A program made the position numbers and the translations under genes. Shown here one piece after another: positions 1 through 11,493 of a stretch of DNA of 34,845 bases (its first letter is position 1; every line of letters starts with the position of its first letter). The stretch comes from Octopus bimaculoides (lineage: Eukaryota). A model generated the notes under the pieces. The model saw only the letters and a list, made by a program, of their open reading frames with translations. It had not been told where the DNA came from and did no database searches. Location of the stretch: contig NC_068992.1 of the NCBI RefSeq assembly GCF_001194135.2, positions 44,133,015-44,167,859 of the forward strand, written 5' to 3'.

Positions 1-31
<31 letters not shown>

Positions 32-116
32 ATATGTATATATGTATATGTATATGTATCTATCTATCTACACACATACATACATAGACACATACACACA
101 TACGTGTGTGTGTGTG
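1..116. repeat. Compound (TA)/(TG)/(CA) microsatellite
   Basis: Seen directly. Confidence 0.9.
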
Positions 117-680
117 CATCACATTTTTGTGCACAAATGCATTATCTATCAATAACCCTGTAAAAAGCTATATGCACGCCCATCTTGATGGCAACTGCTT
201 CTTTCAGTTTCTTTGCGATATTCATTACTTTATGATTATTTGTAGTATCTTTTCAGTGTCCATTATTTTTCTTTGTTCTGAAATTGAAGCTATATATATC
301 ATATTTGCTATTTATAATAATGAGATAATAAAATTATAGTTAGAAGTCATTATGCAATTTTGTTTATCGTGGAATGAATTTACAATTTTCTAGTGTTGTC
401 TCTGTACCAAAACTATATATGCGTGAACGTTGCATATAGTTTGATTGTATCTTTCTGTAAATATTTGTACCATGTCTATAAGTTGCATCTTTACTGTAAG
501 ATAAAACCAATTTGCACACTGACGTCATTAAGACTTATGACGAACAGTTGGGGAATTCATGTCAACTATAAGGCGTTATTTCTCAGGTAAAATTGAAATC
601 AAAATAACAAAGCGAGATAATATTATTATTTTCAATAGAGGTAAAGTAAAAAGGTTACTTTTAAAGTTGAAATTGCAGTG

Positions 681-1647
681 ATGAATTCCAAGAGTTCACT
701 CAGAAAGTCAAACAATCAGCTGCAGAAAGAAATGTTTTCTGAAACGCGGCACGTCCTTGTAGAACTTCGGGAATCGGGACAACTTTGTGATGGTGTAATA
801 AAAGTAATCGGAGAATCAATATATATCCATCGCGCCATATTATCGGCTTGCAGTCCTTACTTCCGGGCACTTTTTACCAATGAAAATTTCGACACTAATC
901 GCAAGGAAGTCACTATTACAGACATTTCTTCCGAAAATATGCGCCATATAATTGAGTATGCTTACACCCAAACATGCCAAATAACAAGTGAAAATGTCAA
1001 AGATATATTGGTTGCTGCTGATTTTTTTCAAATCTCTGGATTACAAAAGACATGCTCTGAATTCATTCTTTCTGAACTTTCTCCATATAATTGTATTAGT
1101 ATCAAGAAGTTTTCTCAAAAGTATTTCTGTTCTAAACTCATTAATGCCGCACACAAATTCATTTTACAAAATTTTGCTGAAGTTTACAAGGTATCCGAAG
1201 ACTTTCTAGAATTAAATTTAGAAGACGTTTGTGAAATCATTAAAGCAGACGAATTAAATCTGAAATCGGAAGAGATTGCATTTGAAGCTATTATTCGATG
1301 GATTAATCATAATCCGGACGAAAGAAAATCTCATATCATTAAGTTGATGCGATATGTTCGTTTTGGTTTGTTATCGACGCAGTATTTTCTTCTGACTGTA
1401 AAGAATCATGAATACTTACGAGTTGATGAAGAATGCAAGAATTTTGTGTTAGAAACCTTAAATTTACTCTTTGATCTTGACATGGGAAGGGTACACAATG
1501 AACAAGACAACCTTATGTCAAGGCCCCGCATGCCACATGAGATTCTCTTCGCTATCAGTGGTTGGAGTGGCAGCAGTCCTACAAATACTGTTGAAGTTTA
1601 CAATCCACGAGCAGATCGCTGGATTAGAAGTAGAAGTGTAAAATCTG
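681..1647 (+). CDS. KLHL10: Kelch-like protein 10-like, coding exon 1 (BTB/POZ + BACK + start of Kelch repeat 1)
   Basis: ATG at 681 (in-frame TAA upstream at 642-644; the ORF track starts at GTG 678). BTB motif HRAILSACSPYFRALFT, BACK region (EEIAFEAIIRWINHNPDER), then RPRMPHEILFAISGWSGSSPTNTVEVYNPRADRW, matching KLHL10-type RPRxPxxILFAIGGWSGGSPTN. Phase-1 donor TCTG|GTTCGT at 1647/1648 gives W-(10 aa)-RAYHG spacing when joined to exon 2, as in KLHL10 orthologues. Confidence 0.9.
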
Positions 1648-3260
1648 GTTCGTATTCAGCAGTTAGACAGCAAGTGGTTTGGTTGATTTTTATTTTTGGT
1701 GTTTATAAGAGGAACAACAAACCTCGACGGTCCATGGGATTGTCCTAGAATTATAGCTGCATTGCGAAATATTACAAGAATTAACATTTAGTTTTAACCG
1801 TTAAGTTACTATTTCATGGACAGAGAGTTGCAAATAATTGCTTGATGCCTGTTACTGTGTTGTGTCTCTAGAAATCATACTAAGAAATACACAGTCCAAC
1901 GTTCATGGTAAGCATATAGCTCTGTATCCGTGGCAAACAGTAATGTCGCCATTGTCTATCCATGGTAAACACATAACAATGTTTGCACTAAATGTAGCTA
2001 ACTCACAACCTTATCTACACTAAGCATATTTCTGCATAACTTTCTAGAAAAAATTTGCTCTAAACATATAACGGTGTCTTTATACGCAGTGAAGATATAT
2101 AACTGCATCTAGTAAACGCAGTGAACACCAAACTGTGTTGATACTAAAACTGTTTTTGCAGTGAAGAAATAACTTCCTAAAATTAAGCAATATCGTCGTA
2201 GTAAATGCATTATTGTAGCTTTAGTAAATGTAGTTTACATAACTGCGTCCATATTGAGTTTATAATTCAAAATTTAATATCCTCTTTGCTCCCAATAATA
2301 TAACATAGATTGGTGGTGGGGTAGATATATCAAAGAAAGGGGAATACCATACAATAACTGAGTGATGTTACTATGAAGTAATGATGTCATACGGAAAACA
2401 AACTAGCTGTAGACTTGCTTGAAGAACACATTAGACATAGACTGGATCAAGTGAGTTGTAATTAAAAGAAAAATGATTCGACTATGTGATTTGTATGGCT
2501 GTGCACTGTGGACTGAGGGAACGACGGGGATGGATAGGTGTTTTTGTAAAGTAGTAAATAGGTGGCTGCCGATAGAAACCACTACAGTAAAATAACAGAC
2601 TTCGTTGGTTGGTAAATGATGAACTTTTTTTCTCATTGGTAGTTGATTAACTTTTCTCCAATTTGTTCTTGCTTTGTTTACTTTATTCCCCACTTAATGG
2701 AACAACACTCCGTGTGACTAGGGTTATGTGTATTTGGGACACTGAAGGATCATCGTATGACTGGGGTTATATGACTGTGCATCTGGGAATATGCGCATGT
2801 GAATGGACTATGAGTATCTATAGTATTCAGTACCACTGCAATGATTTGGTTCCAAGTTTGATCAAATGCCATGGCATCGTTGGCAGGTGCCTTTTTGGCC
2901 CAGACCGGGAAGGAAATTAGCTGGATGAAAACTGTGTGGAAGCCCATTGGATAGATTGTCCGTCTAGTTCAAAGGCTTTGTCTTGTCTCATTGGTTCTGC
3001 TTCGCAATTACTTTATGTGTACATCTGTCTTGGGATTACTTAGTCACTCATATGTTAATTTAAGAAGCATGTTGTTCACCTGATTGAGTAACTAATTATT
3101 GAAATATTGAAGACCCATTTACTTTTACACATATCAAAGTGTGGCTACATATTTTAAAGTTAGATGCTCATTGTATACATGGGTGTATGTATATATGTAT
3201 GAATTTGTTCATACATATATAATTGATATATGTGTCCATATAGATAAATACGCACATCAC

Positions 3261-3322
<62 letters not shown>
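3261..3322. repeat. (ATA)n microsatellite
   Basis: About 20 pure ATA units. Confidence 0.95.
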
Positions 3323-3324
<2 letters not shown>

Positions 3325-3545
3325 TATAATTTATCATAGTGTTATTACGTGCAGAGTAAAGAGTCATGCACAGCTTATATTATAATATTTAAATCTTTTG
3401 TAGAGTAAATATTTATTATAATACACTACTTAAAATTGAGACTACGACTTAAGATTAACTTTACTGTCAAAATCCAAGCAATCTGCTTGGTATTCCTTCT
3501 GTTAAACAATAAATTAAATTTTACGGTTAAATCATTAGAGTTCCC

Positions 3546-3601
3546 TATCCAATGATATTTCGATAAAGAAATATATCCAATGATATTGCGATAAAGAAAT
3601 A
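3546..3601. repeat. 28-bp tandem duplication
   Basis: TATCCAATGATATT(T/G)CGATAAAGAAATA x2, one mismatch. Confidence 0.9.
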
Positions 3602-4034
3602 TGTGAGCATACTGATCAGGAGTCAGTATTCGCCAAAAAGGAGTATTCTTGCAAGGACACCTGGGCATCGGATATTATCACGGCCAAATTCTAATGTATT
3701 GTATACGATCGGGGATTTCGCTTATAGAATAATGAGCACGAATGTTAGCAAGTGCACTCAAGGCAGTAAATATGGAATGTGTGAAAAAAGGGAAATTCTA
3801 TAATGCAAAATAGTTTGTAGGGAATCCCAGAAAGAGCGTATTGTAAGCATTCGGCACAGTATAAAGTTTGGGCTGATGTTGCAGTTTTTTCGTTAATTAG
3901 TCAGTCAGGGTACAACAGTTATAATTTACTAAATATAACTCATTTTCGCGTTGGTAAATTATGATAATGCATCGGAAAATATTAGTCTCAAAGATAACAT
4001 CCGTTTCATACGTAGACAACCACAATTTTCCAAC

Positions 4035-4091
4035 AAGTAAAGAAAATATTTATGATTTGGCTTAAAGTAAAGAAAATATTTATGATTTGGC
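4035..4091. repeat. 30-bp-period tandem duplication
   Basis: AAGTAAAGAAAATATTTATGATTTGGC at 4035-4061 and 4065-4091, identical. Confidence 0.9.
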
Positions 4092-5089
4092 CCGCTATTA
4101 TTTTCTTTGAGTATCAAGTCTATAGAGATATACATTTTAGCGCTTTTTTTATAAACACTTCCCTATCAAGCACAGATTCTGAAAATTGTTTGATATGCAT
4201 AATTTTGCGTAGCTGTACCTATGCAATTAATATTTGAAATAACTCTTAGATTTCAATTGACGGGAACAGAAATTGAAGTATATATTTGTCGTGAAAAGAA
4301 ATAAGAATTTTGAACTTGCGACAGTTATTTTCAAACATAGTCATATATAGAGTTAGCACGACTGACTTCCATTGAGATAATTATAACTAAGCACTATATT
4401 ATCAAGAATTGCTGCTTGAATCATGCTCTTTCCGAAATGTAAGTGATATATTACAGCTCTTTCCATTTACGAATGGCAGTTGAAAGGTAGTTGTGCTGAT
4501 AACTTAAATACTAAATAAGCAGTTATAATGATAGTAATACATACATACTTACATACATACACAGACACATACACACATATATATACACACATATATGTAT
4601 GTATATGTATGCATATGTGTGTGTGAGTATGTGTGTATGTATGTATCTATGTATTTTTGTATATATAGATACTACCAAGAAAATAAGTTTGATAAATTGT
4701 AACGTCAGCTGAATTTGTAGTTTTCCGGATGTTTACAAGGAGTTCCACTGGGATGATGCATTAACTGTTTTGCGTTGTAGAATTACTGTTCCAGTATTAT
4801 TGATCACTCACCATCCTGATTTCACGTGATGTTTATAACATTCACTGTCTCCTGCTACTCTATGTTATAATATATAAGGTCACCAGGCTCAACCATACGT
4901 TTATTTCTTCATTGATATACAACCGGGCGCTTATTATATATACTGACCTTGTCATCGAACCCCAGCTACCACGTTTTACTAGTTTTCCTTAATGGAGAAA
5001 ACACCTACAAATTTTTATATATTTTGGCTGGATAAAACTTAAACATATGTTACTGGTAGCCAAGTTTTATCATTACACTATGACGAACA

Positions 5090-5282
5090 CAAACATACAC
5101 ATATACATGCGTATATACATACATAATACCTACATGCCTTCCTGCCTGCATGCCTCCTTGCCTACCTACCTACCTACCTACCTACCTACCTACCTACATA
5201 CATACATACATACATACATACATGCATACATTATGTATATGTATATATATCGTATCATATTGTGTGTGCGTGTACGTATATA
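5090..5282. repeat. Compound (CCTA)n/(CATA)n/(TA) microsatellite just upstream of exon 2
   Basis: Seen directly; explains the spurious N-terminal extension of ORF 5150..5452. Confidence 0.9.
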
Positions 5283-5300
5283 TTACATCCCGAATTTCAG

Positions 5301-5448
5301 ATTATCGTGCTTATCATGGAACATGCATACTCGACGGTCTTATCTATATTATCGGTGGTTTTGATGGAATTGACTACTTCAACAGTGTTCGCTGCTTTGA
5401 CCCTGTCTTACAAATTTGGTCAGAGATAGCACCAATGTACTACAAGAG
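5301..5448 (+). CDS. KLHL10: KLHL10-like coding exon 2 (Kelch repeat 2)
   Basis: Acceptor TTTCAG|AT at 5300/5301; encodes (D)YRAYHGTCILDGLIYIIGGFDGIDYFNSVRCFDPVLQIWSEIAPMYYK(R); donor AG|GTAAGC at 5448/5449; 148 nt, phase 1 to 2. Confidence 0.95.
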
Positions 5449-6412
5449 GTAAGCTTTATAATACAATTGATAAATGCCATCATGATACAATGAGTTCATA
5501 TATTTCAAGTATCTTAAACATGTTACAAATATGTTCTAAATAATAACTCTAAAATTATTCTTATCCATAGAATTATAACAAATATTACCAATAAAGATTT
5601 ATCGATGTAATTACTGTTTAAATATTACATCATACTGTGTTAGAATTATTCCCAACAATGTCTACAGAGAGGCAGGGTTTCTCCAGTACAGGATATTACA
5701 AGAGCCGCCCCATTGCTTGAGACTTAAACTCTATTTTGTATCTTGATAAACGGAACTTGAGCACCATTTGTTCAAAAGGTATTTAAATGGCCAACTCCTG
5801 GAAGAAAATTTGCTTGCATATCAACAAGATAAGTTGTAGCTGAAGATTGCATTTGAATGAATTTTAACTGCATTTCACACCTGCAATGCTAGAAAGGAGT
5901 TAATAGTCATACAGATCAGGAATCAAGTATTCGCAATGTTTTCTTGCTGAGACAGAATGCAAGATATTTTCATGGCTAAAATTCTGAGATATTATATACA
6001 TTTCTTACATGAACCTACTGCTGTCCTTCTCTGAGCAGAAATATAACTAACTTCAATAAACACAATAATAAAAGTAAAGGAGCACTAACTATATATATAT
6101 TATTATTATATACATACCAGCTTTCAACCGCTCAGGTTGATAACACTAACTTAAAAGGTCGATTGCAAAAGGCATGTGCACTGTACTTTCCCAACCTCTA
6201 AGTGATTTAATAACCAGCTCATCACTAAAAGATCGATAATCGACTAATGACAAAATACGAATCACATGTCCTTCCTTGCTATACGAGTGCAGGAACACTC
6301 ACCATACAGTGTTTAGCTCCTTTTTCCCTTTCAAAATAGATAGTATGTCTGTTCATGTTTATCCTCGATACTTATGCGAACTGATAGAACTAATGAAACT
6401 TTTTCTTTGTAG

Positions 6413-6582
6413 ATGTTATGTCAGTGTTGCTGTACTTGGTCGACATATTTACGCAATGGGTGGTTCCGACGGGAACTTACGTCAAAAGAGTGTGGAACGC
6501 TACAATAAGTTTAAAAACCAATGGAGTCTTATAGAACCAATGAATCGACATCGAAGTGATGCCAGCGCTGCAACATTAAAAG
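6413..6582 (+). CDS. KLHL10: KLHL10-like coding exon 3 (Kelch repeat 3, start of 4)
   Basis: Acceptor TTTTCTTTGTAG|A; encodes (R)CYVSVAVLGRHIYAMGGSDGNLRQKSVERYNKFKNQWSLIEPMNRHRSDASAATLK; donor G|GTAAGC at 6582/6583; 170 nt, phase 2 to 1. Confidence 0.95.
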
Positions 6583-6950
6583 GTAAGCAGGAAAATTTAC
6601 AGCGAAAGTGAATTTATCGTTCAGTTTACAGAAATGTGTGATTAACGAATTGTCATTGAAAATGAATATTAATACATGCATGCGTCGAATTGAAGCTTGG
6701 AATCAATAACAGAGCAGTATTTCTATATAAAATACAATATACTCAATGGAAAGAACTAATAAAATAGTATATAGCCACCAAAAGACTGATGTCAATGAAA
6801 ATTTGACTTTGCCTCAATTTTATGAAATAAAGTTGCAATACATTAATTTAATGTATGAATTCGTCCATCTTAAAATCATTAAAACTTTATGAGTCTGTCC
6901 CATTCGTTCTTCTCCATTCTAAAATCACTTAATAATAAAAATGTTGCACA

Positions 6951-8120
6951 CAGAAGGCACATGAGAGATATTTGAGGACAAATTTGTTAATTTGATAAAA
7001 GAACTCAAATCTAGCAAAAAGCCAAATGTATTTTAATAAAAATGTGTGCACTTCCACTATATACTTTCTTGTAAGATTATTATTTGGATTCATCTTCAGC
7101 TTCGATAACTACTTCAATGTGAATCATTGATAAGCCTGAACTGAATAATTCTTATTCATTTCAGGCATTGCCTGGACAATGGCGGTCTTCACTGAAGCTG
7201 TTGTATCGTGAGGTATTAGTTTCCAATTCAACAACTCTTCAGACGTAGTAGTCCATGGAATTTAAAACTGGTACGTTTGGAGCCCACAGATTTGGTGTTA
7301 CATAAGTGTCGAGATTGCTTGAAACTCATTTTTAAAGTTATGTGGGCTGTGTGAGAAGGTACTGAGTCTTCTTGAAACACAAATTACTTTCTAAACGTAC
7401 TCCAGCTATCCACAGCTAAACAACTGTCTCCAGCATCTCAGTATTGCCACTAGCACTATTTCTAAGGTAGCATGATGGCATGACAGGACCTTCGTTACTC
7501 ACCATTCCTACGACCATTATAGTTACTGGAAATTTCGAGCGCATTCACTTGAAGACATCAGGTCATGTACGTAACCATCTGATAGACTTTTGGTCTTGGT
7601 CGAAGTTTTTCTCATCAGAGAACCAAAGCATTTCATAATCGTTGGATTTTTAACTTGGTAAAGTAACCACTTGCTACGGCTCAAACGATTTTCCTTTGAT
7701 ATGAACTTGTAGACATGAACTGGTCTCTCCTCAATGCATTCCACTTGTATCGAATGTCCTCATGCACCCATAGTTCACTCCAACGGCCCTCATTAATTTT
7801 CAGGGATCATTATTGAAAATGTTTTGAATCCTTTGAATGAATTGCGGGGTCTTTATAATACCCGAATGTTTAGAATATTTTTCGCTCTTTGATACAGTTC
7901 TAATATTCTCGCCAGAGACTTCCACTTCCATTCGAACTTGTGTAAAAAGGATCTTGCCACATTTAGTAAGTTGGTATTTTCTAAATCACTGTATTCCACA
8001 CATATGGCGACAATGACTGCATGTCTTTTCATTTTATTTGCCATGAGATATAAAGCGTTTTAATGGAATTTAAAGAGAGTTATTTACTAATAAATGTCCT
8101 CAAATAATCAACGTGCCCTG
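6951..8120 (-). mobile_element. Near full-length decayed Tc1/mariner transposon, DD37D (maT/Bmmar1-type), in KLHL10 intron 3
   Basis: Minus-strand broken ORF about 8044 to 7085: MKRHAVIVAI...NVARSFLHK, RRDQFMS, SDEKNFDQDQK (D1 7614-7616), VFQEDSVPSH (D2 7366-7368), NSMDYYV (D3 7251-7253), IEVVIEAE end. 37 residues lie between D2 and D3 after removing one extra A. Degenerate terminal inverted repeats share GGCAC..TATTTGAGGACA (6951-6980 vs 8095-8120), with TA at 8121-8122. Confidence 0.85.
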
Positions 8121-8784
8121 TATATTGTCTTCTAATCTTTCTTAAGATATCTTAACATCAGTGCCTGTGGCAAGACGTCAGATTCCAATTAGTCGCTCTA
8201 CAAATGTATCATAAATTCATTTAGCATCAGTTTGTTTATAGATCTGATGTTCTTGTTTGTTGAGGCTTAAGAGCTTGTATTAAATTTTCCTTTTAGTTGT
8301 TAGAGATTATTTCATTCTCTCTCACATTTTCATCTCTTTATAAAGTCTTCTTCTAGGTGCGTCCTTGAGAAATGCAGATTTTGTTTTCGAAATGTGCATC
8401 ATAAGGAGAAAAGTTTTACTCATTAGAAATCAATAAATATATTTTTCCTATTTGTCTATCTGTCTCTTTCTATATATATGTNNNNNNNNNNNNNNNNNNN
8501 NNNNNNNNNNNNNNNNNNNNNNNNNNNNNNNNNNNNNNNNNNNNNNNTTTATACATATATATATTATCTGCGGTACACAATTTATGCATGTGCGTGCGTT
8601 TGTGTGTGTACTTCATCGGTGAGGCCGTAATAAGGTAAATACAACAGATCAGTGGCTTTAAGAGAATCTGTTGCATTGAAAGCAGAAAATAAATTACTCA
8701 ATATGTTATTGACTGCATAATCGATTAATCACACACGAGCGCGCAGACACACAAATACACACGTGAGTGCGCACCTACATACAT

Positions 8785-8785
8785 C

Positions 8786-8849
<64 letters not shown>

Positions 8850-8860
8850 TGCACACACAC
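8785..8860. repeat. (CA)n microsatellite
   Basis: Seen directly. Confidence 0.9.
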
Positions 8861-9486
8861 AGAGTTTTTCAAGAGTGAAAAGATTTTCTCTGGATAAAAA
8901 TGTAGGGATGGAAATATGGCGATGAATTTTTCAAAATAACGCATAAAATCTATACTACCGTTTAAGGGTGTGAGAAACTCATTACTGCTGATGAAACCTA
9001 GCTTAGTTTCTGGGTCGTGCTGCATTCTACATTTGTTTTCACCATATTTATAATCTGTCAGAAAGGTTTTGAAAAAGTTTGATCTGAAAAATTTTAAACT
9101 ATCATGTGTGAAGCAAGACTTTTTTCAATTAATTGTAAATGGGACATGGTTCACAATGTTTAAATGAAACAAAGATAAAGAAAAGTTAGGTGACTGAAAA
9201 TGAAACTGAGGCATGCAATTTGTTTTATCACTGTCATATGATGTCTGCTAGTTTATCTATTGAGAATAACTTTTCTAAGAATATAAAAGTCGTTCGCCTA
9301 CATACTATCCAGTGTATCCTACTGTAACAAGTTTATAGATAATTCATAATAGTCAGAAGTCTTTCCAGCAGTTTTCAGAGCAAATATGCTTCAGTATTCA
9401 AAATGCATACATCCGAGCCTTTGATGTTTAATGATTTATATGTCTATCGACAGAAAATTACTTGTTTTATTCTATTTTCGTTTTAG

Positions 9487-9758
9487 ACAATATCTACATA
9501 TGTGGTGGATTTGATGGTCAAGAAATTCTTCGATCAGCTGAATATTACAATCCTAACTTAAACCAATGGACTATGGTGGCGCCAATGGAAAGTATTCGAA
9601 GTGGTTTCTGTGTGGTTGCTTATCGAGATTCCATATATGCGCTGGGTGGTTTTGATGGTAACAATCGAATGTCAACTGTGGAGCGTTACATTCCTTCCAA
9701 TGATGTTTGGCGACCTGCACCAAGTTTGGGTGTTGCGAGGAGCAATTTTGCAGCAGAG
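9487..9758 (+). CDS. KLHL10: KLHL10-like coding exon 4 (Kelch repeats 4-5, start of 6)
   Basis: Acceptor TTTTAG|AC; encodes (D)NIYICGGFDGQEILRSAEYYNPNLNQW...IYALGGFDGNNRMSTVERYIPSNDVWRPAPSLGVARSNFAAE; donor GAG|GTAAGT at 9758/9759; 272 nt, phase 1 to 0. Confidence 0.95.
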
Positions 9759-9809
9759 GTAAGTTTACCAAATTTACATTAAAATATCTTGAAATACTAA
9801 ACAGTAAAG

Positions 9810-10201
9810 TTATTCAATAAAATAGTCATTCGTTGCAACCACGGTCTCCAAACGACTTCGGAATCTCCTGCAACTATTCAGGACGGTCTCCTTGTTTAAA
9901 TTGGTGAATGCTGCCATAATCCTTGCCTTCAGTTCCTAAACTGCGCCGCACACATAATAATCGAAGGGGTCGCATTCTGGGGAGTTAGGTGGTCAGATAT
10001 AAAGGGTGATGTAGTTGTAGAAAGTGTCTGAAAGCCATGGCTGGGTTCTCTTTCTTGTGTGTCATGGTGCGGTGTCTTATCTCAGACATAGGGTCTTCCA
10101 GCATCCTCCCTCTTGACCCAGGGCAGCACTACCTCCTACTTGATGTAGGCCTCCGTGTTGAGACTGAGGCCGTGTGGGAAGATGAATGGAGGCATAACGT
10201 C
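9810..10201 (-). mobile_element. 3' half of a second DD37D-type mariner transposase (different subfamily), decayed, in intron 4
   Basis: Minus-strand translation: DVMPPFIFPHGLSLNTEAYIK...VVLPWVKR..AGRPYV*...*PPNSPECDPFDYYVCGAV...ELKARIMAAFTNLNKETVLNSCRRFRSRLETVVATNDYFIE*; contains stops and deletions. Confidence 0.85.
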
Positions 10202-10235
10202 GAATGAGGTTTTACAGTCACATCATCTAAACCGA

Positions 10236-10261
10236 CCGGGTGAAACCGGGCTTAGCTGCTA

Positions 10262-10263
<2 letters not shown>
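10236..10263 (+). mobile_element. Possible Helitron-type 3' terminus (GC hairpin + CTAG|T)
   Basis: CCGG-GTGAAA-CCGG hairpin at 10236-10249, then CTAG at 10259-10262 followed by T. This is the canonical Helitron 3' signature. No Rep/helicase remnant seen. Confidence 0.4.
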
Positions 10264-10304
<41 letters not shown>

Positions 10305-10307
<3 letters not shown>

Positions 10308-10617
10308 GCTGGCACAACATCGATTACAACCGCGAGTGTTCCAGTTGATCCGATCAACGGAACAGGATACTCATGAAAATCGTGCAAGTGGCTGAGCACA
10401 CCACAGACACGCGTACTCTTAACGTAGTTTTCAAGGAGATTCAGTGCAACACAGAATGGGACAAGGCAAGGCCTTTGAATTTCAGGCACAACTCATTTTG
10501 CCAGCTGAGCGGACTGGGACAACGAGAAATAAAGTGTTTTGCTCAAGGACGCAACGCGCCAGCGAATATCGAACTCTTCATCTTAGGATCGTAAGTCAAA
10601 TACACTAAACACAACGA
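10305..10617 (-). mobile_element. tRNA-derived SINE (family 'D' in this window)
   Basis: Minus strand starts with a tRNA-like head (GTTTAGTGTATTTGACTTACGATCCTAAGAT-GAGTTCGATATTC, B-box-like at 10564-10576), then CCTTGAGCAAAACACTTTATTTC and an about 250-nt body. Resembles abundant octopus SINEs as I recall them. Confidence 0.7.
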
Positions 10618-10929
10618 TACGCTCTTTAATATATGTGTTTGTGTGTACATATATGTGTGTGTGTGTACATATGTATGTATGCCTACACACACTTATACAC
10701 GCACGATCGCACGCACGCCCATACACATATTAGAATGTGTATGTTACATGGGACTGTGACATTTGAATAATGTGACAAAATATAGTGCAAAGACCAATAG
10801 CTCAGAGCTACTGGTCTGTCCTTTTAAAGGTGGTGAATATTTTGGAAAGGGTTCAAGATAGAATTATTTCTGTGGCAATACGATTCATTCACTTATTAAT
10901 TGATTTATTTTTTCAAGAGAAAATGTGTT

Positions 10930-11073
10930 TACGTATGTATGTGTGTATGTGTGTGTGAGCGAGTGAATGAGTGACGAGTGAGCGAGTGATGAGTGACTGA
11001 GTGAGAAAACAGAGAATGTGCGCGTGTATGTGTGCGTGCGTGTGTGTGTGCGTGTGTGTGTGTGTGTGTGTAA

Positions 11074-11110
<37 letters not shown>
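10930..11110. repeat. Compound (GAGT)n/(TG)n microsatellite
   Basis: Seen directly. Confidence 0.9.
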
Positions 11111-11112
<2 letters not shown>

Positions 11113-11276
11113 TAATTTGAGTAATAAAGTCAGATTGTTTACAAGTTTTTTGCTTAAAATCATTGACAATTTTGATGATTTATAAACCTTGAATAGACTC
11201 AGGATCTATTTCTTTAAAAAGCTGTTATAACTATAATATTGTTATGTTCATAAAATATTCTCTTTATTTATTTCAG

Positions 11277-11368
11277 GTTCTAGAAGATATGATATTTGTG
11301 ATTGGTGGTTTCGATGGTATAACAACCATTTCAAGTGTTGAATGTTTTGATGCTGTCACACAACAATG
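11277..11368 (+). CDS. KLHL10: KLHL10-like coding exon 5 (Kelch repeat 6); not in ORF track
   Basis: Acceptor TTTATTTATTTCAG|GTT; translated by hand as VLEDMIFVIGGFDGITTISSVECFDAVTQQ(W); donor TG|GTAATG at 11368/11369; 92 nt, phase 0 to 2. Confidence 0.93.
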
Positions 11369-11436
11369 GTAATGTATTGTAGTTTAAATTAATATGATAA
11401 TCATTTCTATGAGATACTACATCTGTGAAAAGTATT

Positions 11437-11480
11437 GGGTTCAAATTTTTGGCACAAGGCCAGTAGTCCAGGGGGAGAGG
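11437..11480 (-). mobile_element. 3' fragment of SINE family 'A'
   Basis: GGTTCAAATTTTTGGCACAAGGCCAG matches the minus-strand 3' ends at 26940-26965 and 30979-31003. Confidence 0.6.
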
Positions 11481-11493
11481 TTTTGACTTTAAG

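Noticed and set aside
678-680. GTG start given by the ORF track
   Set aside because: An in-frame ATG follows immediately at 681; GTG initiation is not expected for a eukaryotic nuclear gene, and 677-678 may be a splice acceptor.
1890-2170. Recurring CATGGTAA and GCAGTGAA octamers in intron 1
   Set aside because: Only 2-3 short copies with irregular spacing; cannot be distinguished from decayed low-complexity repeat.
5150-5300. N-terminal PTYL/HTYI repeat extension of the exon 2 ORF
   Set aside because: Translation of intronic (CCTA)n/(CATA)n microsatellite upstream of a clear acceptor at 5300.
8986-9020. CTGATGA followed by a short stem (AAAC...GTTT) as a hammerhead
   Set aside because: No GAAA segment or NUH in register.
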